Source of the DNA: a virus
Taxonomy: Duplodnaviria; Caudoviricetes
Virus record (IMG/VR): IMGVR_UViG_3300025832_000011
Span: 1-55,028 of that record
DNA length: 55,028 nucleotides
Direction: 5' to 3' (one strand)
Position numbers and translations under genes: made by a program. Of this stretch, positions 51,083-55,028 are shown piece after piece. Each line of letters opens with the position of its first letter. The first letter of the stretch is position 1. The notes under the pieces were generated by a model. The model ran no database searches and was not told the DNA's origin. It worked only from the letters and a program-made list of their open reading frames with translations.

Positions 51083-53887
51083 ATGACCACGCTTTCTGAC
51101 CTTTACTCGAATACGATTCTCTTCTCACTCGGGGCTGGCGACAACCTCGGAAAAGCCAAGAACACCTCGGAGACGATCCGTAAATTCGTTGATCGTTTCC
51201 GCAAGCCTCATGTGACCCCGGAGAAGTACCGGGAATACAAAGCCATGAATGATCAGCGCCAGCGGACCCTGAAGGGGATCGCCGGATGGATGATGCGCGG
51301 CTCGATCAAGAAGGGCGAGAATCGCAACCGCAACTCGATCCAGCCCAGCAAGTTGATGACGCTGGACATCGACTATGCGACCCCCGAGTTCGTTGAGATG
51401 CTACTGGCCGGGAAGATACTGCCCGGCGCGGCCTTCATTGCCCACAGCACACGCTCCCACACCCCCGAGAAGCCTCGCCTCCGAATCATCATCTTCCTGA
51501 AGGATGCCGTGAGCCGCGACCGCTATCAGGCAGCCAGCCGGATCACCGCGCAGGCAGCCGATCCCGAGATGCAGTGGGTGGACAAGGTATCGTTCCGTCC
51601 TGCTCAGATGATGTACATGCCAACCGTCTCCAAAGACATGGAGAAGCACTATGTCTTCTACGAACAGGGTGGCGAACTCTGGGACCATGAAGACGCCATC
51701 GAACAGTGGGAATTGCTGAACGACTCGGCCACCGACATCGCAAACCTGCCCCGGACGCCGGGCGAGGACGAGTTGCGCGAAGCAGCCGACTTTGCCGAAG
51801 ACCCTCTGGACAAAAAGGGTCCGGTCGGAGACTTCTGCCGCGCCTACTCGATCACCGATCTGGTCGAGGGCAAGGATGGCGAGCCGGGTATTCTGGCTCA
51901 CCTTTACACGGCGACCGAGTGGCACAACGGGGCCATCACACGGATGACGTGGCTCGGGGGCGGCAGTTCCAACGGCGCGGTCGTCTACGATGACAAGTTC
52001 GTCTACTCGCACCACGGCACCGACCCGACTGCCGACAAGCTGGTCAACGCCTACGATCTGGTCCGCATCCACCTCTTCGAGAAGTTTGACGAAAAGGCTG
52101 ACAGTGACACGGCGATGAAAGACCTGCCGTCCACCAAGAAGATGACCGAGTTCCTGAGCGATAATAAGCACTTCAGGATCGCCCAGACCGAGAGCCGCTA
52201 CAACATCGAAGACATGCTGTCCGATGATGACGTGGATTATGATGCTGGGTCAGAACGTGACATAGACGAAGGCGAGTTGTCCGAGATGGACGACCTGCTG
52301 GGGACTCCTGTCGCCAGCATTGCCGCGCCTAGATTGCGCAAGAGCCACCGCAGGAACCTCGCCGAAAAACCGCCGAAGAACTGGATCGCTTCCCAACTGA
52401 GCCTAACGGCTGACGGGAAGATCGAGAACAATTCGTGGAACATAGGGATGATCCTCATGAACGATCCCCGTCTCTGGCGGAAGATCGGGCGCAACGAGTT
52501 CAACTACCAGATCGCTATGGTCGATGACGTGAAAAGCAAGATGGAACTGCTCGTCCCCTACGAGTGCAAAGACAAAGACAATGGAGACCGCTGGCAGGAC
52601 CACTTCGACAATCTCTGCCGCACCTTGCTTGAGGCCCCTACGGACAAGGGTGGCTACGGGATGTCTGTGCCGATGGAGAAGGTGCGGCAGCAGATCGACA
52701 ACGTGGCTCGGAGGAACAGTTTCCATCCGGTTCAGGAGCGCATCCTCGACCACGCAGAGAACGGCGAACCGGGCTTCGACATCGAACGGGTGTTCCTTGA
52801 TTACTTCGGGGCCAAAGAAGACAACGCTTATACGCGGCAGGCTTCGCGGCTGTTCATGATCGCCTCGGTCGCTCGGGTGTTCGAGCCGGGCTGCAAGTTC
52901 GACTTCGCTGTGATCTTCGAAGGCAAGCAGGGTCTCGGTAAATCGACCGCGATCAAGAGGCTCTACGGGCAGGAATACTTCGGCGAACTTGAGACCGATC
53001 TGGGGAACAAGAAAGAGACCGCAGAACACATGATGGGCAAGTGGGCCTTGGAACTGCCGGAATTGTCAGCCCTGACCAAAGGTAAAGCTGACGCCAACAG
53101 CACCAAGTCCTTCATGTCGCGGCAGCATGACGATGTGCGTCTCTCCTATGAGAAGCATATGGCACAGTTGCCGCGCCAGTGCGTGATCTACGGTACGACC
53201 AACAACAAAGAGTATCTGAGCGACCCGACCGGGAACCGTCGCTTCTGGCCCATGCCTGTAAAGGACGAACCCATCGACTCCATCGCCATCATGCGCGCCA
53301 AGGCGAGCATCTGGCGTGCAGCCTATGAGGCGTATGTCGAGATGCGGTCCAACACGCACACATCTCTCGACCTGCCCTTGTTCCTGACCGGAGAAGCCGC
53401 CGAGATCGGATTGCGGATGCAGGAGGGTGCTCGCAAAGAGGGGACCGCCGAGAATTGGGCGAAACAGGCGGTAGAGTGGGCCGATGAAAAGATGACCCTG
53501 CAATCCTTCATATCTGTGTCTAACTTAGGAGACGGCTTAGAACAGCGGTACAAGGGCTACGATGTAGACAACACGCTCGTCTGTCGGGTTGGGGTCGCAC
53601 AGAAGGAACTGTTCCGCGAAGTCCTCGGGGTGAACAAGAACACCTCTATCTCGCAGCAGGAGCAAAACCTTTACCTCGAATACCTAGAACATATGCAGCG
53701 GCTAGGTTGGGTAAAATCTAGGAATTTGATCGGTGGGGTTCAGGCCGTTCGCATGATCCGACCGGACTTGACCAGAAACGAAAAGTACGAAGGCTTCCGG
53801 GTGGTCGGATCGGCGGATGCCCCAGAATCCGCGACCCCACAAGTTGACGATGACGAAGGCTACGGAGACAACAACGACCTACTTTAA
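51083..53887 (+). CDS. Primase-helicase (PrimPol-like N-terminus + VirE/VapE ATPase)
   Basis: LDID, HSTRSH..EKPR.R, YSHH..DP; PGCKFD...EGKQGLGKST, ELPEL, GTTN..EYL.D.TGNRRFWP. Confidence 0.9.
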   Translation: MTTLSDLYSNTILFSLGAGDNLGKAKNTSETIRKFVDRFRKPHVTPEKYREYKAMNDQRQRTLKGIAGWMMRGSIKKGENRNRNSIQPSKLMTLDIDYATPEFVEMLLAGKILPGAAFIAHSTRSHTPEKPRLRIIIFLKDAVSRDRYQAASRITAQAADPEMQWVDKVSFRPAQMMYMPTVSKDMEKHYVFYEQGGELWDHEDAIEQWELLNDSATDIANLPRTPGEDELREAADFAEDPLDKKGPVGDFCRAYSITDLVEGKDGEPGILAHLYTATEWHNGAITRMTWLGGGSSNGAVVYDDKFVYSHHGTDPTADKLVNAYDLVRIHLFEKFDEKADSDTAMKDLPSTKKMTEFLSDNKHFRIAQTESRYNIEDMLSDDDVDYDAGSERDIDEGELSEMDDLLGTPVASIAAPRLRKSHRRNLAEKPPKNWIASQLSLTADGKIENNSWNIGMILMNDPRLWRKIGRNEFNYQIAMVDDVKSKMELLVPYECKDKDNGDRWQDHFDNLCRTLLEAPTDKGGYGMSVPMEKVRQQIDNVARRNSFHPVQERILDHAENGEPGFDIERVFLDYFGAKEDNAYTRQASRLFMIASVARVFEPGCKFDFAVIFEGKQGLGKSTAIKRLYGQEYFGELETDLGNKKETAEHMMGKWALELPELSALTKGKADANSTKSFMSRQHDDVRLSYEKHMAQLPRQCVIYGTTNNKEYLSDPTGNRRFWPMPVKDEPIDSIAIMRAKASIWRAAYEAYVEMRSNTHTSLDLPLFLTGEAAEIGLRMQEGARKEGTAENWAKQAVEWADEKMTLQSFISVSNLGDGLEQRYKGYDVDNTLVCRVGVAQKELFREVLGVNKNTSISQQEQNLYLEYLEHMQRLGWVKSRNLIGGVQAVRMIRPDLTRNEKYEGFRVVGSADAPESATPQVDDDEGYGDNNDLL

Positions 53888-53901
53888 CCAAGGAGACTGC
53901 A

Positions 53902-54291
53902 ATGACTATCCAACCATATCTTGACCAGCATGGCGTACCTTACCCCCACGACCTCGTGGACGAGGATTACGAGAAGAACCGCGATCTGATCAAGAATACC
54001 CCCTACGGTGTCTGGCTGCTGGAAGACGGCACGGAGATGCTGTTCAATCGGAAGTACAAGGCCATCGCCCAGCGCGACTCAGAGGGTTCTCGTCGTGTCG
54101 CCATGGATGGTACGAAACACATCTCTGACATACTCAAGGTCAAGTATCACGAGCGGTACTTTCGCTCTGAAAGGCACTTCAACCCCCTCGTCAATCAGGG
54201 GAACATGGACCGTTGCACCATGATCCTCGGTAAGTTCTTTCTCGGGGATGACATCGGAGAGTTCGTGATGGGGCCGAACGTGTACCCGTAA
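53902..54291 (+). CDS. Hypothetical protein
   Basis: 129 aa, AAGGAG RBS; PYG.W...DG.E.LFNR.Y. Confidence 0.75.
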   Translation: MTIQPYLDQHGVPYPHDLVDEDYEKNRDLIKNTPYGVWLLEDGTEMLFNRKYKAIAQRDSEGSRRVAMDGTKHISDILKVKYHERYFRSERHFNPLVNQGNMDRCTMILGKFFLGDDIGEFVMGPNVYP

Positions 54292-54316
54292 CCCCACCCA
54301 CCGTAAACTACCCACA

Positions 54317-54351
54317 GCCCTCTCACGGTGATCCCCGTGAGGGGGTTTTTT
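54317..54351 (+). terminator. Rho-independent terminator
   Basis: GCCCTCTCACGG / CCGTGAGGGGGT stem followed by T run. Confidence 0.8.
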
Positions 54352-54443
54352 GTTACCTGTGTGGGTAGACAACCCTCAGTAGCTTACCCACACAGGGGAT
54401 ATTACCCTCACCGTGGGTATTATAGTACCCACCGTCACGGGGA

Positions 54444-54823
54444 TTTGCAGGGCATGTCAGGGGGAATCCGGTATTTGCAGGGGGGTTGCTGGGGGGTTGC
54501 AGGGGGCCTGCTACACGTAAGTCATTGATAACAAAAGAGAAATTGGCCTCCTGTCAGGGTTGCATGGGGGTGGGGCGTTTTTCAGAATTATAAGAGAAGA
54601 AAAAAGAAGAAGAGAGGATGTGTGCAGAGCATATCAGGGGGATACCCCCATATACGCCCCTTCCCCTACTCTTACCATTATACCCCCTACCCCCCTGCAA
54701 CTTACTATATATACTTTATATATTGTATATATTATTGTTATATAACAATAGGATGGCATAGAAAAATCAGTTTGCAGGGGGGCCTGCTAACCCCCTGCTA
54801 CCCCCCTGCAACCCCTGCAAATA
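54444..54823. other. Candidate replication origin
   Basis: TTGCAGGGG(G) repeats in both orientations around an AT-rich block 54701-54750 with 18-bp palindrome; IHF-consensus site 54518-54530; next to primase-helicase. Confidence 0.6.
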
Positions 54824-54934
54824 AACCCCACAGCAAAAAATATCCCCCACAGCCGTTACCCACGGGGAAAATGCCCCCTCACGGTAAAATGGGTAAGCCA
54901 TGCTGACCTTTCCCAAAAACGCTGCCAACCCGAG

Positions 54935-54946
54935 GCTCAGCGCACC
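54935..54946 (-). other. Candidate cosN (12-nt cohesive end)
   Basis: GGTGCGCTGAGC on - strand, 11/12 identical to the Chi cohesive end as recalled (GGTGCGCAGAGC); GpA-type terminase present. Confidence 0.65.
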
Positions 54947-55028
54947 CCCTGACGCACCCCCCAGAGCGGGGAAGGACCCGAGCGACCCCTCCACGGGGGA
55001 GACGGCCACGCACCCGGCCCCACGGCCC

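Noticed and set aside
54619-54630. Alternative cos-like 12-mer TGTGTGCAGAGC on + strand
   Set aside because: Weaker match (10/12) and opposite orientation compared with 54935-54946
1-55028. Prophage/lysogeny module, tRNA genes, reverse transcriptase or DGR
   Set aside because: No integrase, partition, RT or cloverleaf signatures recognised by eye; no host genes at either end

Overview
The window looks like an essentially complete ~55 kb lytic siphophage genome of the Chi-like type (Casjensviridae gene order), most likely infecting a Rhodobacteraceae/Roseobacter-group alphaproteobacterium (alphaproteobacterial-type GapR, ThyX and class II NrdJ). The + strand arm (0.5-13.3 kb) carries small early genes and a nucleotide-metabolism/DNA-modification kit (HD hydrolase, NrdJ, DUF550, ThyX, DHFR-like, DUF3310, GapR, MT-A70 methyltransferase). 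The long - strand arm (50.6-13.3 kb) runs DUF2800 nuclease, SSB, PolA, C5 methyltransferase, VRR-NUC, SNF2 helicase, lambda-like terminase/head genes, tail, tail fibres and lysis. A divergent HTH and primase-helicase (+) lead into a repeat-rich non-coding terminal region with a candidate origin and a cos site closely matching phage Chi. No integrase, tRNA or CRISPR array was seen. The most unusual signal is that ten unrelated proteins end in the same acidic tail finishing D-(x)-[LM]-[LIM]-COOH, with near-identical internal copies in GapR and the primase, suggesting a shared docking tag. All calls are by motif recognition; no searches or computations were run.
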